Position numbers and translations under genes: made by a program. Shown here one piece after another: positions 9,484 through 19,318 of a DNA stretch of 64,000 nucleotides. Origin of the DNA: Flavobacteriales bacterium (GTDB taxonomy: Bacteria > Bacteroidota > Bacteroidia > Flavobacteriales_F > PHOS-HE28); NCBI GenBank assembly GCA_023957375.1, contig JAMLHB010000001.1:898245-962244 (forward strand), written 5' to 3'. The first letter of the stretch is position 1, and every line of letters begins with the position of its first letter. The notes beneath the pieces are model-generated. The model saw only the letters and a list, made by a program, of their open reading frames with translations. It had not been told where the DNA came from and searched no databases.

Positions 9484-11625
9484 AGCCTCCCCGAACCCGT
9501 CCTCCTTCCACAGGAAGTTGCCGTCGGAAGTGCGTACATAGCCAAAACGAGCTCCTGAGGTCACTTTCACCATGCCTTTGTCCACCGGTACAACGGAATC
9601 ATATTCCAACGGCACCAGCACTTTGCCGGAAGGGGCCAGCACGCCGGTACCCTGTGCGCCAGTGGCGACCAGCATGCCATTGGCCACGTCGCCCAAGGCG
9701 GTGTAACGGGGCTTGATCACCTCGGTGCCGGTGCTGTCGATCAATCCGAAAAGCGCCCCTGCCTCCACCCTGCCATAACCTTCATGAAGCTCCCAGGCCT
9801 GATCGTACTTGGCCTCCACCACGTTGGCAAAGCTGCGCTTGATATAACCCCATTTGTTCTTGCGTTTCACCGGGATCAATCCGCCCTCCAATACGCCAAT
9901 ATCCGCGTATTGTGGTTGGATCACCCAGTTGCCCAACGTGTCCACCATGCCCCATTTGCCACCCGAGAGCACACGGGCGAGGCCGTTGCGGAAGTCGCCC
10001 ATGTTGATGGAAAGCGCATTGCCTTCGTACCGCTGGGGGATCACCCAGGTGCCGCCAGACCCAACGTATCCGCACTTCCCCTTGTCCATCACCAAGGCTA
10101 AGCCGTCCTTGAATGGCCCCACATGGTCATGTTCAACGGCAAGCACTTCATCGCCGAACCGGTTGATAATGCCCATGTAACCGTCCCGGCGTACGCGTGA
10201 AAAGGGCATGGCCATGAACCCCTCCACCCAATCGTATTGGCAGGGCACCACCCACTCTCCCTTGTTGTCCACAACCCCGCTCCGGTTGTCCAGCACCACC
10301 ACGGCCAATCCATTGTGGAAGCGCATGGCCCCATCATAGGCAAACGGGATCACCTCCTTGCCTGCCGTATTGATGTATCCGTAACGATCTCCCTTTGAGG
10401 CAGCGGCCATGCCATGGTCGAACTCGCCCACCTCGTCAAAGGCCAGCGGCACGGTCAGCTTCCCGTTCCGGTCCACGGCTCCCTGCATGCCGTTCAGTTC
10501 CACGGTTGCCATTCCCTCGCCATAATCCATCACATCGTCATACACGATCGGGATCACGGGGCTGCCCATCTTGTTCACCGAGCCGTTGCGGCCCGACAGG
10601 CCCACTTGGGCTTGCCCATGGATGAACGGTTCGGCATAATCAAATTCCGCCTTGATCCGCTCCACGCCGCTGTTGTCGATGAAGCCCCACAAGCCGCCCT
10701 GCCTGATCGGGTAAAGCACGAGGCTGGCCACCTTGTAGTCGTTCATCAACTCGCCAATGAACGGATAGTCCGGGTGTTCCTTCAAGAAACGCGTGATATT
10801 GGCCACGGTGAGCTCGCGGGTGTAGATGTCGTACATGCTGCGCCACGCGTCGGACACATTGGGATTGCCGGGATACCTGCGGATAAAGGCCGCGTATTCC
10901 TCCGGGGTCTTGTGCGGGGTGTTCAGCTTGAGCAGCATGTCCTGGGCGTCCCGCACATGTGTATTGCTTGGATGATCAACGATGAACGCTTCGTATTCGG
11001 CGATCGCCCCCGTTGGAGTAGCCTCGCGGTAAATGGCTTCCTGTAGCCTGGTCCGCGCGCTGAAGGTCTCCTTCGCATCGGGATACTGGTGCAGGAAGGC
11101 CTCGTAAGCCACAGAGGTATTGGCCTTCTTGGCTTCCTGGAAGGCGAGTTCATCGCGCCGGTCCATGGCTTGGTCTACCAGGTTGCTGCCGGCATAGGCA
11201 TCTATGAAGCGTTGGTATGCTTCCAGGCGATCGAGGTCGCTGACCTGTTTCCAGGCAATGCCCGCGATGTGGTTCAGTTGGGAGCCGATCGCAGCGGAAT
11301 CCACGCCTAATTTGGCGGCTTTGCCGCGCCCCTTGGCATCCAAGAGCGCATAGGCCGCCATGGACCGGCGGACCGCCGCATAACTGGAATCCAATTGAAA
11401 GAACGGATTGTCCGCCCTGCCCGTGATGACGCTCAGGCCGTACCAAGCCGCCGCCGGATGCTTACCGGTTTCCTTCAACAGCAGGGTACGCGCCTTGAAG
11501 TAATCGTACTCCCCCAGTGCGGCAAAGGCTTTCTCCAAGCGGCCCGCGTAACTGCCTGCGGCACATCCGGCCAGCAGCAGCACCATCACCCATCTCCTCA
11601 TCGCTTCGCTATGCAGCTTGAACAT
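9472..11625 (-). CDS. WG-repeat (KWG) containing secreted protein
   Basis: Signal peptide; N-terminal TPR-like region; many W-G-(F/Y)-(I/V)-(D/N) repeats (GLWGFIDNSG, GKWGMVDTLG, NKWGYIKRSF, ARFGYVRTSDG). Confidence 0.8.
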   Translation of the reverse strand: MFKLHSEAMRRWVMVLLLAGCAAGSYAGRLEKAFAALGEYDYFKARTLLLKETGKHPAAAWYGLSVITGRADNPFFQLDSSYAAVRRSMAAYALLDAKGRGKAAKLGVDSAAIGSQLNHIAGIAWKQVSDLDRLEAYQRFIDAYAGSNLVDQAMDRRDELAFQEAKKANTSVAYEAFLHQYPDAKETFSARTRLQEAIYREATPTGAIAEYEAFIVDHPSNTHVRDAQDMLLKLNTPHKTPEEYAAFIRRYPGNPNVSDAWRSMYDIYTRELTVANITRFLKEHPDYPFIGELMNDYKVASLVLYPIRQGGLWGFIDNSGVERIKAEFDYAEPFIHGQAQVGLSGRNGSVNKMGSPVIPIVYDDVMDYGEGMATVELNGMQGAVDRNGKLTVPLAFDEVGEFDHGMAAASKGDRYGYINTAGKEVIPFAYDGAMRFHNGLAVVVLDNRSGVVDNKGEWVVPCQYDWVEGFMAMPFSRVRRDGYMGIINRFGDEVLAVEHDHVGPFKDGLALVMDKGKCGYVGSGGTWVIPQRYEGNALSINMGDFRNGLARVLSGGKWGMVDTLGNWVIQPQYADIGVLEGGLIPVKRKNKWGYIKRSFANVVEAKYDQAWELHEGYGRVEAGALFGLIDSTGTEVIKPRYTALGDVANGMLVATGAQGTGVLAPSGKVLVPLEYDSVVPVDKGMVKVTSGARFGYVRTSDGNFLWKEDGFGEASAD

Positions 11626-11672
11626 GCTTCATGCCGTCCTTCAGCGGGCCTAGTTGCACCCGCCGCCCTGCA

Positions 11673-12428
11673 CTAATGGAGGCTGTTGTAGGCACCCTTG
11701 AATTCAGGGTCGTCCATGAAGAAATCCTTGCCAAGCTCCAGCGCTGCCCGGGCTCCGCTGCTGTTCCCCTTGCCATTCAAGTAATCGGCGTAGTGGATCA
11801 GGGCGTTCTTCATGAGCTTCTGCTGGTCCGGGGGCAGGCTCCCAATGCTCCCGGCACCGTCCAAGGCCGCCCGGTACTTTTTCAGGTCCTCGTCCCCTTC
11901 GCGCACCAAATTGCTTTGGTACTCGGTCAACGCCAGCATCAGCCACGCACCGGGGTTTTCCGGATAATAGCGCGTCATGGATTCAAAATACCGCTTGGCC
12001 TTGCTCATTTCCTTGGGACCCGCTTCATACAGGTTCATTCCACTCTCCTGGGCCATGGTATTCAGCTCCGCCCAGTAATCCTCGTAATTGTGGAAGAACT
12101 CCATGTTCTTGTCCTTCTTCCGGTATTTCTCGGCCCACTTCAAGGCATCCCGGTCGGCCTTCTTGTAGTCATCCATCTCCTGGTACTTCGGGATCTTGCT
12201 CATCTCGTAGAGGCACATGCTCATGTACAGGTATGGCAGCGGATCCTTCTTCGTTTTGTCGCTCTGCGTATAGCGCTCCGCCTTGAACAGGCAGTCTTCG
12301 TATTTCTCGTCCACGTATTTCACCAGTAAGTCATCGTACGGCTTGCTCTGGGCCCGGGCTGGCGCAGTTGCCAGGAAGGCCATGGCAAGAAGTGCATACA
12401 GGGGAGCAAGCAAAAGCCTTTTCATCAT
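11673..12428 (-). CDS. hypothetical secreted/lipoprotein, Lys/Tyr-rich
   Basis: Signal peptide [27 protein letters not shown] at the internal ATG. The longer ORF-track N-terminus overlaps the trmD start and lacks protein-like composition. Confidence 0.55.
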   Translation of the reverse strand: MMKRLLLAPLYALLAMAFLATAPARAQSKPYDDLLVKYVDEKYEDCLFKAERYTQSDKTKKDPLPYLYMSMCLYEMSKIPKYQEMDDYKKADRDALKWAEKYRKKDKNMEFFHNYEDYWAELNTMAQESGMNLYEAGPKEMSKAKRYFESMTRYYPENPGAWLMLALTEYQSNLVREGDEDLKKYRAALDGAGSIGSLPPDQQKLMKNALIHYADYLNGKGNSSGARAALELGKDFFMDDPEFKGAYNSLH

Positions 12429-12531
12429 GGTGCAGGATTTGGTTCGTGCTTCTACGCAAGATCGATGCCGAAGGTATGCACGACGGCCGATGTACCAAGG
12501 GAAGCCGCACCAAGCGCTACTTTCGCGGGCC

Positions 12532-13212
12532 ATGCGAATCGACATCCTCACCGCCCTGCCACGCCTGTTGGACAGCTATTTCAACGAGAGCATCCTGCAA
12601 CGCGCCCAACAGAAAAAATTGGCCGAGGTTCTGGTGCATGACCTGCGCGACTTCTCCACCGACAAGCACCGGCGGGTGGACGACTACCCCTTCGGCGGAG
12701 GCGCCGGCATGGTGATGTCCATTGGGCCAGTCCACAAGGCCATCACATGGCTGAAGGACCAGCGCACCTACGATGAGGTGATCTACATGAGCCCCGATGG
12801 CGAATTACTGGACCAGCCCTTGGTGAACCGCATGAGTTCCCTGCGGAACCTCATCATCCTGTGCGGGCATTACAAGGGCGTGGATGAGCGCGTGCGCGAA
12901 CATCTGATCGACCGCGAGATCAGCATTGGCAATTATGTGCTCAGCGGCGGGGAACTGCCCGCAGCTGTGCTCAGTGATGCGTTGATCCGCCTGCTGCCCG
13001 GGGTGCTCGGCGATGAAACGAGCGCCCTTTCGGACAGCTTTCAGGACGGATTGGTCGCTCCCCCGGCCTATACCAGGCCGGAAGCCTATGGGGAGTGGGC
13101 CGTGCCACCCGTGCTCCTTAGCGGCCACGCCGCCCGCATCGCGGAATGGCGCCACCAGCAAAGCCTTGAACGCACGCGCCAACGCCGACCGGGCTTGTTG
13201 GACGAAAAATGA
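12532..13212 (+). CDS. trmD: tRNA (guanine37-N1)-methyltransferase
   Basis: [10 protein letters not shown]..., [15 protein letters not shown] and [14 protein letters not shown] motifs. Start taken at ATG 12532 within the longer ORF. Confidence 0.9.
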   Translation: MRIDILTALPRLLDSYFNESILQRAQQKKLAEVLVHDLRDFSTDKHRRVDDYPFGGGAGMVMSIGPVHKAITWLKDQRTYDEVIYMSPDGELLDQPLVNRMSSLRNLIILCGHYKGVDERVREHLIDREISIGNYVLSGGELPAAVLSDALIRLLPGVLGDETSALSDSFQDGLVAPPAYTRPEAYGEWAVPPVLLSGHAARIAEWRHQQSLERTRQRRPGLLDEK

Positions 13213-13296
13213 CCCCGGCCCTGAGCCATGCAGGGGAATTTGTGTAATATTGCGCCCCCAAACGGCGGGGTGACCGCCGATCAACTGCTGCGCACA

Positions 13297-13713
13297 ATGG
13301 ACAAGATCAAGCAACTCGAGAAGACCTGGGCCCCGGTGAAGAACCACGAGGATTTCAAGGCGGGTGACACCGTTACGGTGCATTACCGCATCAGCGAAGG
13401 CAACAAGGAAAGAACCCAGCAGTACCAAGGCGTCGTGGTGCAGCGCAAGGGCAGCGGAAACACTGCCACCTTCACGGTGCGCAAGATGAGCGGCTCCGTG
13501 GGCGTGGAACGGATCTTCCCGATCGCCTCCCCGTTCCTGGAGCTGATCGAAGTGAACAAACGCGGCGATGTGAACCGTGCGAGGATCTACTACATCCGCG
13601 AACGCCGGGGGAAGAGCGCCCGCATCAAGGAAAAGCGCATGGCCGTTGCCGCTTCGGAAACAGCCCAGCCCCAAGCAAAGGCCAAGAAGGCTGCAGCGGT
13701 GGAGTCCAAGTGA
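13297..13713 (+). CDS. rplS: 50S ribosomal protein L19
   Basis: [15 protein letters not shown]...R.Q.YQGVV..RKG...[17 protein letters not shown] is the canonical L19 sequence; immediately downstream of trmD. Confidence 0.9.
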   Translation: MDKIKQLEKTWAPVKNHEDFKAGDTVTVHYRISEGNKERTQQYQGVVVQRKGSGNTATFTVRKMSGSVGVERIFPIASPFLELIEVNKRGDVNRARIYYIRERRGKSARIKEKRMAVAASETAQPQAKAKKAAAVESK

Positions 13714-13735
13714 TCAACACCCCCAACTTTTTCGG

Positions 13736-13767
13736 AAGGCCCCGCCTGTGCGGGGCCTTTCTGTTTG
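13736..13767 (+). terminator. rho-independent terminator after rplS
   Basis: GGCCCCGC-CTGT-GCGGGGCC hairpin followed by TTTCTGTTT. Confidence 0.6.
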
Positions 13768-13799
13768 TACCTATGCCGTGAACAAACCGTAGCATCATC

Positions 13800-14039
13800 A
13801 TGGGATTGATCTGGGGCCTCATCATCGGTGGCGTGGCGGGCTGGCTGGCCGGGCGCCTCATGAAGGGCCAAGGCTACGGCCTGGTGGTCAACATCATCCT
13901 CGGCTTGGCGGGCGGCCTCTTCGGCGGCTGGATATATGCCATCCTGGGCTTGGCCACCACCAATGCCATCGGCCAGTTGATCTGCGCAACGGCTGGCGCC
14001 GTTCTGCTCATTCTATTGGTGCGGGCATTGCGGAAATAA
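13800..14039 (+). CDS. GlsB/YeaQ/YmgE family stress-response membrane protein
   Basis: 79 aa, Gly-rich with two TM helices (GLIWGLIIGGVAGWLAG...GLAGGLFGGWIY). Confidence 0.8.
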   Translation: MGLIWGLIIGGVAGWLAGRLMKGQGYGLVVNIILGLAGGLFGGWIYAILGLATTNAIGQLICATAGAVLLILLVRALRK

Positions 14040-14192
14040 GTTCCTGTGGCTGGCGGCGAAAGTGGTGGTATTCGCCACATTTACGTGGCCCCCTCCCAGG
14101 TGCTTTCCCCACTGTGGCCTCCTCCATTCACCATAGTAGGGCCCGGCTGTGCCTCATCCACGGGGGCCGCGTGCGGTTGGCCTCTCAACGCC

Positions 14193-16853
14193 TCACCCCA
14201 CCAGCTCCTTGTTCCGGTTGGGAATATCGTCCTTGCTGAAGGTCACTTTATCCTCTTCCTCCTTCAGTTTCATCACCAAGGCAAGGGCATCCGGCACCAC
14301 GTCGCTGCACAGGGTGAGGAAACTGCCGGGTTTGGCCGTGGCGATGGCATGCCGGATTGCTTCCTCTTCCTTTTTAATGATCGTGTACTTCTTGCCGGGA
14401 TCCACTTCCTTGATGCCCTTCACCATCAAGGCGATGATCTCATCGTCGCTCTTCCCGCGCAGGTTGCGGTCCTGACGGATGATGATCTCGTCGAACATCT
14501 TCGCACTGAGCCGCCCTAGGGTGACCGTATCCTCATCCCGGCGGTCGCCCACCCCGGCGATCACACCCACCTTCGGACTGTCGGGCACCTTGGCCAGGAA
14601 GCGGCCCAGGGCCTCAAAGCCGTGCGGGTTGTGCGCATAATCCACCACCACCTGGAAGTTCTTGAACTGGAACAGGTTGAGGCGGCCGGGAGTTTGTGCA
14701 GGAGAGGGCACGAAGGTGTTCAATGCTTCGCGCAGTTCTTCCACCTTCACCCCGCGCACATATGCCGCCAGCACGGCAGGCAGGATGTTCTGGATGTTGA
14801 AAACGGCCTTGCCTCCAAAGGTGAGCGGCACATTCACGGCCTTTTCAATGCGCAGCTTCCACTCACCCTTGCTGATGGTAATAAAGCCGTTTTCATAGAT
14901 GGCCGCCAGGCCGCCCAGCTTGCAGTGCTGGCGGATCAACCGGTTGGATTCATCCAGGCTGAACAGGGCGATCTTGGCTTGGCACTGCTTGCGCATGGCC
15001 ATCACCAGTTCATCATCGGCATTGAGGATGGCGTAGCCATCGTTGCGCACGCTGCGCGGTACGATGGCCTTTACTTGGGCGAGCTCCTCCACGGTATTGA
15101 TGTCCTTCAGACCGAGATGGTCCGCTGCCACGTTCGTACAAATGCCCACGTCGCAACTCTCGAAGCCCAGGCCGCTGCGCAGCATGCCGCCGCGCGCAGT
15201 CTCCAGCACCGCCAGGTCTACCAGGGGATCCTTGAGCACGAACTGTGCGCTGATCGGCCCGGTGCAATCACCTTTCATCAGCATGCGGTTCATGATGTAC
15301 ACACCGTCCGTGCAGGTCATGCCCACCTTGTGCCCGTGGCTGCGCATGAGGTGCGCGATCAGGCGGGTGGTGGTGGTTTTTCCATTGGTGCCGGTAACGG
15401 CAATGATGGGGATGCGGCTCGGTGTTCCGGGCGGGAAGAGCATGTCCACCACGGGTTCCGCCACGTTGCGCCCCAAACCTTCCGTGGGGTCCAAATGCAT
15501 TCGGAAGCCAGGTGCGGCGTTCACTTCCAGCACGGCACCGCACTCATTGAGGGGGCGTGTGATGTCGGTGGTCATGATATCGATGCCGCAGATGTCCAGG
15601 TCGATGATGCGCGAGATGCGCTCGGCCATGAAGATGTTGTAGGAATGCACCAGCTCCGTAACGTCCGTGGCCGTGCCACCCGTGCTGAGGTTGGCGGTGG
15701 CCTTCAAATACATGGTTTCACCCGCGGGCGGAATGCTGTCCGGGGTGAGGTTGCTGCGCTGGAGCAGGTCCAGGGTGTGCTGGTCAATGTCCACTTGGGT
15801 GAGCACCTTTTCATGTCCGTAGCCGCGGCGGGGGTCTTTATTGAGCTCTTCCACCAACTGGGTGATGGTGTGCTTGCCATCGCCCACAACGCAGGCAGGG
15901 GTCCGTTTGGCCGCGGCCACGAACTTGTGGTTGATCACCAGCAGGCGATGGTCCAGCCCTTTGATCTCCTTTTCCACCACCACGCTTCGGCTGATCTCCT
16001 TGGCCAGGGCCAACGCAGCTGTCGCTTCCTCCAAGTTCTTGATGCCAATGGTGGCCCCGCGCCCGTGGTTGCCGCCAATGGGTTTGATCACGCACGGGAA
16101 CCCCACAGATTCCAATGCTGCAACGAGGCCTTCCTCCGTGCGCACCACCCGCCCTTTGGGCACCGGTATCTCATAGCTCTCCAGCAACTGCTTGGTCTCT
16201 TCCTTGTCGCAGGCGATCTCCACGCCGATGTTGCTGGTGCGGCTGGTGACCGTGGCCCGGATGCGCTTCTGGTGCACGCCATGGCCCAACTGCACCAAGC
16301 TTTGGCCGTTCAGGCGCAACCAGGGGATGCCCCGCCGGGCGGCCTCCTCCACAATGGAGCCGGTGCTGGGGCCGAGGCGCGTTTCCTCGCGCAGCTCGCG
16401 CATGCGCCGGATGTCCTCCTGAAGGTCGTACCCTTCACCGGCCACCAAGGCCTCCGCAATGCGCACCGAGGCACGTGCGGCATACAGGCCCACGGCTTCC
16501 TCAATGTAGCTGAACACCACGTTGTACACACCATGGTCACCGGTGGAGCGGGTCCGGCCGAAACCCGTGTCCATGCCGGCCAAGGTTTGGATCTCCAAGG
16601 CGATGTGCTCGATCACATGGCCCATCCAGGTGCCGCGCTGTACCCGCTCGAAAAAGCCGCCTTCGTGCTCTTCGCTGCACCGGTGTGAATACAGGGACGG
16701 AAGCAGGTCCTTCATGCGCTGGAAGAACCCCGGGATCTTGTCCGTGGGGCGCTCCTCCAGCCCCTCTATGTCCAACCGCATCACGATCAGGTGCTGCCGG
16801 TTGACAGACCAAAGATTGGGGCCGCGCATGGCCTTGAGTTCCAGGATACGCAT
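14193..16853 (-). CDS. cphA: cyanophycin synthetase
   Basis: MRILELKAMRGPNLWS N-terminus, ATP-grasp and Mur-ligase (GTNGKTTT) domains. Start trimmed to ATG at 16853. Confidence 0.9.
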   Translation of the reverse strand: MRILELKAMRGPNLWSVNRQHLIVMRLDIEGLEERPTDKIPGFFQRMKDLLPSLYSHRCSEEHEGGFFERVQRGTWMGHVIEHIALEIQTLAGMDTGFGRTRSTGDHGVYNVVFSYIEEAVGLYAARASVRIAEALVAGEGYDLQEDIRRMRELREETRLGPSTGSIVEEAARRGIPWLRLNGQSLVQLGHGVHQKRIRATVTSRTSNIGVEIACDKEETKQLLESYEIPVPKGRVVRTEEGLVAALESVGFPCVIKPIGGNHGRGATIGIKNLEEATAALALAKEISRSVVVEKEIKGLDHRLLVINHKFVAAAKRTPACVVGDGKHTITQLVEELNKDPRRGYGHEKVLTQVDIDQHTLDLLQRSNLTPDSIPPAGETMYLKATANLSTGGTATDVTELVHSYNIFMAERISRIIDLDICGIDIMTTDITRPLNECGAVLEVNAAPGFRMHLDPTEGLGRNVAEPVVDMLFPPGTPSRIPIIAVTGTNGKTTTTRLIAHLMRSHGHKVGMTCTDGVYIMNRMLMKGDCTGPISAQFVLKDPLVDLAVLETARGGMLRSGLGFESCDVGICTNVAADHLGLKDINTVEELAQVKAIVPRSVRNDGYAILNADDELVMAMRKQCQAKIALFSLDESNRLIRQHCKLGGLAAIYENGFITISKGEWKLRIEKAVNVPLTFGGKAVFNIQNILPAVLAAYVRGVKVEELREALNTFVPSPAQTPGRLNLFQFKNFQVVVDYAHNPHGFEALGRFLAKVPDSPKVGVIAGVGDRRDEDTVTLGRLSAKMFDEIIIRQDRNLRGKSDDEIIALMVKGIKEVDPGKKYTIIKKEEEAIRHAIATAKPGSFLTLCSDVVPDALALVMKLKEEEDKVTFSKDDIPNRNKELVG

Positions 16854-16942
16854 GGGGAATGGGGGTTGATCGGCGGTCAATGTATGAAGAGGACGCTGTT
16901 GAACAAATTCGGCACCTCGCCGTACCACTGGACCGGGGCCTT

Positions 16943-16950
16943 TAAGTTTG
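16943..16950 (+). promoter_or_regulatory. candidate Bacteroidota -7 box (TAAGTTTG) upstream of cphB
   Basis: Exact TAnnTTTG match 61 bp upstream of the cphB ATG in the divergent cphA/cphB intergenic region. No clear -33 TTG at canonical spacing. Confidence 0.3.
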
Positions 16951-17011
16951 CCCCGCTGCCCCGGCACAACCAATTCGGGTTGCAGCATCCGGGGGGGCCA
17001 AACACAGGCAC

Positions 17012-17884
17012 ATGGATATGACGCCCAAAGGAAGACTGATCGCCATCGGTGGTGCGGAGGATAAAGGGAACGGAAACGACAAGAACGGGACGGACGCCGG
17101 CACGTACATTGAATCCAGCATCCTGCGTAGGGTGGTGGATGAAATGGGCGGCCCTTCCGCGCGCATCGCGCTGATCACCACGGCAAGCTCCATACCCGAT
17201 GAGGTGGCCCAGAACTATCGGGAAGCATTCGGCAAATTGGGGGTCGCCGACCTGGACGTTTTGGACATCCGCGAGCGGATGGATGTTGGACCGGAGATGG
17301 AAAAACGCTTGGAAGAAGCCGGTGGGGTAATGATCAGTGGCGGCAACCAATTGCGTTTGACCACCACCTTCGGCGGCACGGCCTTTCTGAAGATCCTCAA
17401 GCGGCGCTACCAGGAGGAAGAAGGCTTCGTGATCGCCGGCACCAGCGCCGGGGCCATGTGCATGAGCAGCACCATGATCTACCAAGGGCAAAGCGCCACC
17501 GGTCTGGTGAAGGGCGGCGTGAAGATGACCACCGGCCTGGGGTTCATCGCGGACGTGGTGATCGACACCCACTTCGTGAACAGGGGCCGCTTTAGCCGCC
17601 TCACACAATGCATCTCGGGCAACCCCACCGCCATCGGCATCGGATTGGGCGAAGACACCGGCGTGGTGGTGTCCGGAGGGGAACACTTGGAAACGATCGG
17701 CAGTGGCCAGGTCATGTTGTTTGACGGGCACGACATCAGCTATTCGGACCTCGCCGATGTGGAGGAAGGCGAGGTATTCAGCATCGAAGGCATGCGCATC
17801 CACATCATTTCCAAGGGCCATAGTTATTCGCTGCGCGACCGGATGTTCACTGGCAAGCCTGCCTCAAGGCGCCAGCCGGTGTAA
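17012..17884 (+). CDS. cphB: cyanophycinase (peptidase S51)
   Basis: RLIAIGGAEDK and GTSAGAM (catalytic Ser) motifs; divergent from cphA. Confidence 0.9.
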   Translation: MDMTPKGRLIAIGGAEDKGNGNDKNGTDAGTYIESSILRRVVDEMGGPSARIALITTASSIPDEVAQNYREAFGKLGVADLDVLDIRERMDVGPEMEKRLEEAGGVMISGGNQLRLTTTFGGTAFLKILKRRYQEEEGFVIAGTSAGAMCMSSTMIYQGQSATGLVKGGVKMTTGLGFIADVVIDTHFVNRGRFSRLTQCISGNPTAIGIGLGEDTGVVVSGGEHLETIGSGQVMLFDGHDISYSDLADVEEGEVFSIEGMRIHIISKGHSYSLRDRMFTGKPASRRQPV

Positions 17885-18044
17885 CGGGGCCACCACCAGC
17901 CCCTTCCATGGGGAGATCGTTCCACGGTCAGGTCACGGGCCGTGCATTCATCCCATCATCGCGCCGCCGCTACGCCTGTCAAAAGTGCAGATGCCGGAAT
18001 TTGGCATTGTATTTCCATGGTGATGGAAAGCAATTCAAAAACTA

Positions 18045-18401
18045 ATGAGCACCAAAGGCACGTTTCTGGGGATTGCAGCCGGATTGGCTGCCGGCATTGC
18101 GATCGGGATTCTACTGGCACCACGTTCGGGAAAGGAAACACGTGAACGGCTGAAAAAGAAAGGCCGGGAGGTGAAGGACGAGGTGGAAGACCTGCTGGAC
18201 CACGGCTTCGAGCATTGGCGCAACACGCGAAACACCGTTGTTGAACGCGCCCACATGACCGCAGCCGACATCAAGGACTTCCTGGTTTTCATGGCTACCG
18301 AAGGCACCGACCTCAAGGAGCGGATCAAGCAGGACATTAAGGGCCGCCCGAGGGGTGGATCGGCCACGGCCGCCAGCGCGGACCAAGTGATCAACAATTG
18401 A
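18045..18401 (+). CDS. YtxH domain-containing protein
   Basis: N-terminal TM segment plus a charged helical region (GILLAPRSGKETRERLKKKGREVKDEVEDL). Confidence 0.7.
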   Translation: MSTKGTFLGIAAGLAAGIAIGILLAPRSGKETRERLKKKGREVKDEVEDLLDHGFEHWRNTRNTVVERAHMTAADIKDFLVFMATEGTDLKERIKQDIKGRPRGGSATAASADQVINN

Positions 18402-18466
18402 CCGGCAGCCCAGCACTTGGGAACACCATCGAGGCCGCCTTTGCAGTTGCTGCTTAGCTTTATGCC

Positions 18467-18877
18467 ATGATCTCCGGAGCATCGTCAAAAGCTGGCAGTG
18501 GGCCTGGTGATCGGTCGGGGCAGGACCTCGACCTTGACGGATTTCTCGGATCAGCAGCAGCTGAAGCCAAGGGCTATTGGGAAGCACAAAAGCAGGTCAT
18601 GTTGCTTTCCGTTTCCGAGCGGGTGGGCAGCGCCTTGGGCACTACGGTGGGCATGATGCTCTCAGCTTTTGCGGCTTTGACGGCGCTGCTCTTTGCCAAT
18701 GGGGCCTTGGCCCTGTGGATCGGTGGGATGCTCGGTGGCACAGCTTGGGGTTTTTTAGTTGTAGGCGGCATCTACTTCATCCTGTTCCTGATCCTGCACT
18801 TTGTGGCACGTGACGCGATCCGCAAACGCATTACCCTGCTTTTCGTCAATACGATCCTGCGTGATGGGGAAGAGTGA
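18467..18877 (+). CDS. membrane protein, putative phage holin-X (superfamily III) family
   Basis: Two TM helices and a C-terminal basic tail. Often found with YtxH in Bacteroidota. Confidence 0.5.
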   Translation: MISGASSKAGSGPGDRSGQDLDLDGFLGSAAAEAKGYWEAQKQVMLLSVSERVGSALGTTVGMMLSAFAALTALLFANGALALWIGGMLGGTAWGFLVVGGIYFILFLILHFVARDAIRKRITLLFVNTILRDGEE

Positions 18878-19301
18878 CGGCTTCACCAGCTTGGCCGAGT
18901 TGCACGCCGAAAAGGAACGCGTGACCTCGCTGCGCGACGGCCATGCAGCACGGCTCGAAGACCTTTATACCACCTTGCGTAGCGCCGAATTCCGGAAGAG
19001 GCTTGCCAAGGAGGCATTGGGGGATGCGATGAACGGCGTGCTTTCACACAGCATGCTGGGCACGATGATCGGGCGCGGCGGAGTGGCCGGTGGTTTGAGC
19101 TTGGCCATGCGTTCCGGCAGCGGCGGTTGGATGCGGCGCGCCGGGCTCTTCGCGCTGGGCTTAGTGGCCCCAGCCTTGATAGACCGGTTGCAGCACGTGC
19201 CCTTTGCGAAGATCGGTTCGGAAGTACGGGTGAGCCTTGACCGCCTGCGCAACCACCTCGATCAACGGCGTGCGGCAAGGGAACAAGACCTCCGGAACTG
19301 A
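18864..19301 (+). CDS. hypothetical protein (third gene of YtxH cluster)
   Basis: ATG at 18864 overlaps the previous stop by 14 bp. Helical N-terminus, Gly-rich hydrophobic middle. Confidence 0.45.
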   Translation: MGKSDGFTSLAELHAEKERVTSLRDGHAARLEDLYTTLRSAEFRKRLAKEALGDAMNGVLSHSMLGTMIGRGGVAGGLSLAMRSGSGGWMRRAGLFALGLVAPALIDRLQHVPFAKIGSEVRVSLDRLRNHLDQRRAAREQDLRN

Positions 19302-19318
19302 ACCAAGCCCATCTGCCC

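Noticed and set aside
14622-16688. 688-aa + strand ORF
   Set aside because: Entirely antisense to cphA; His/Gly/Ala-rich junk composition.
16877-17821. 314-aa minus-strand ORF
   Set aside because: Antisense to cphB.
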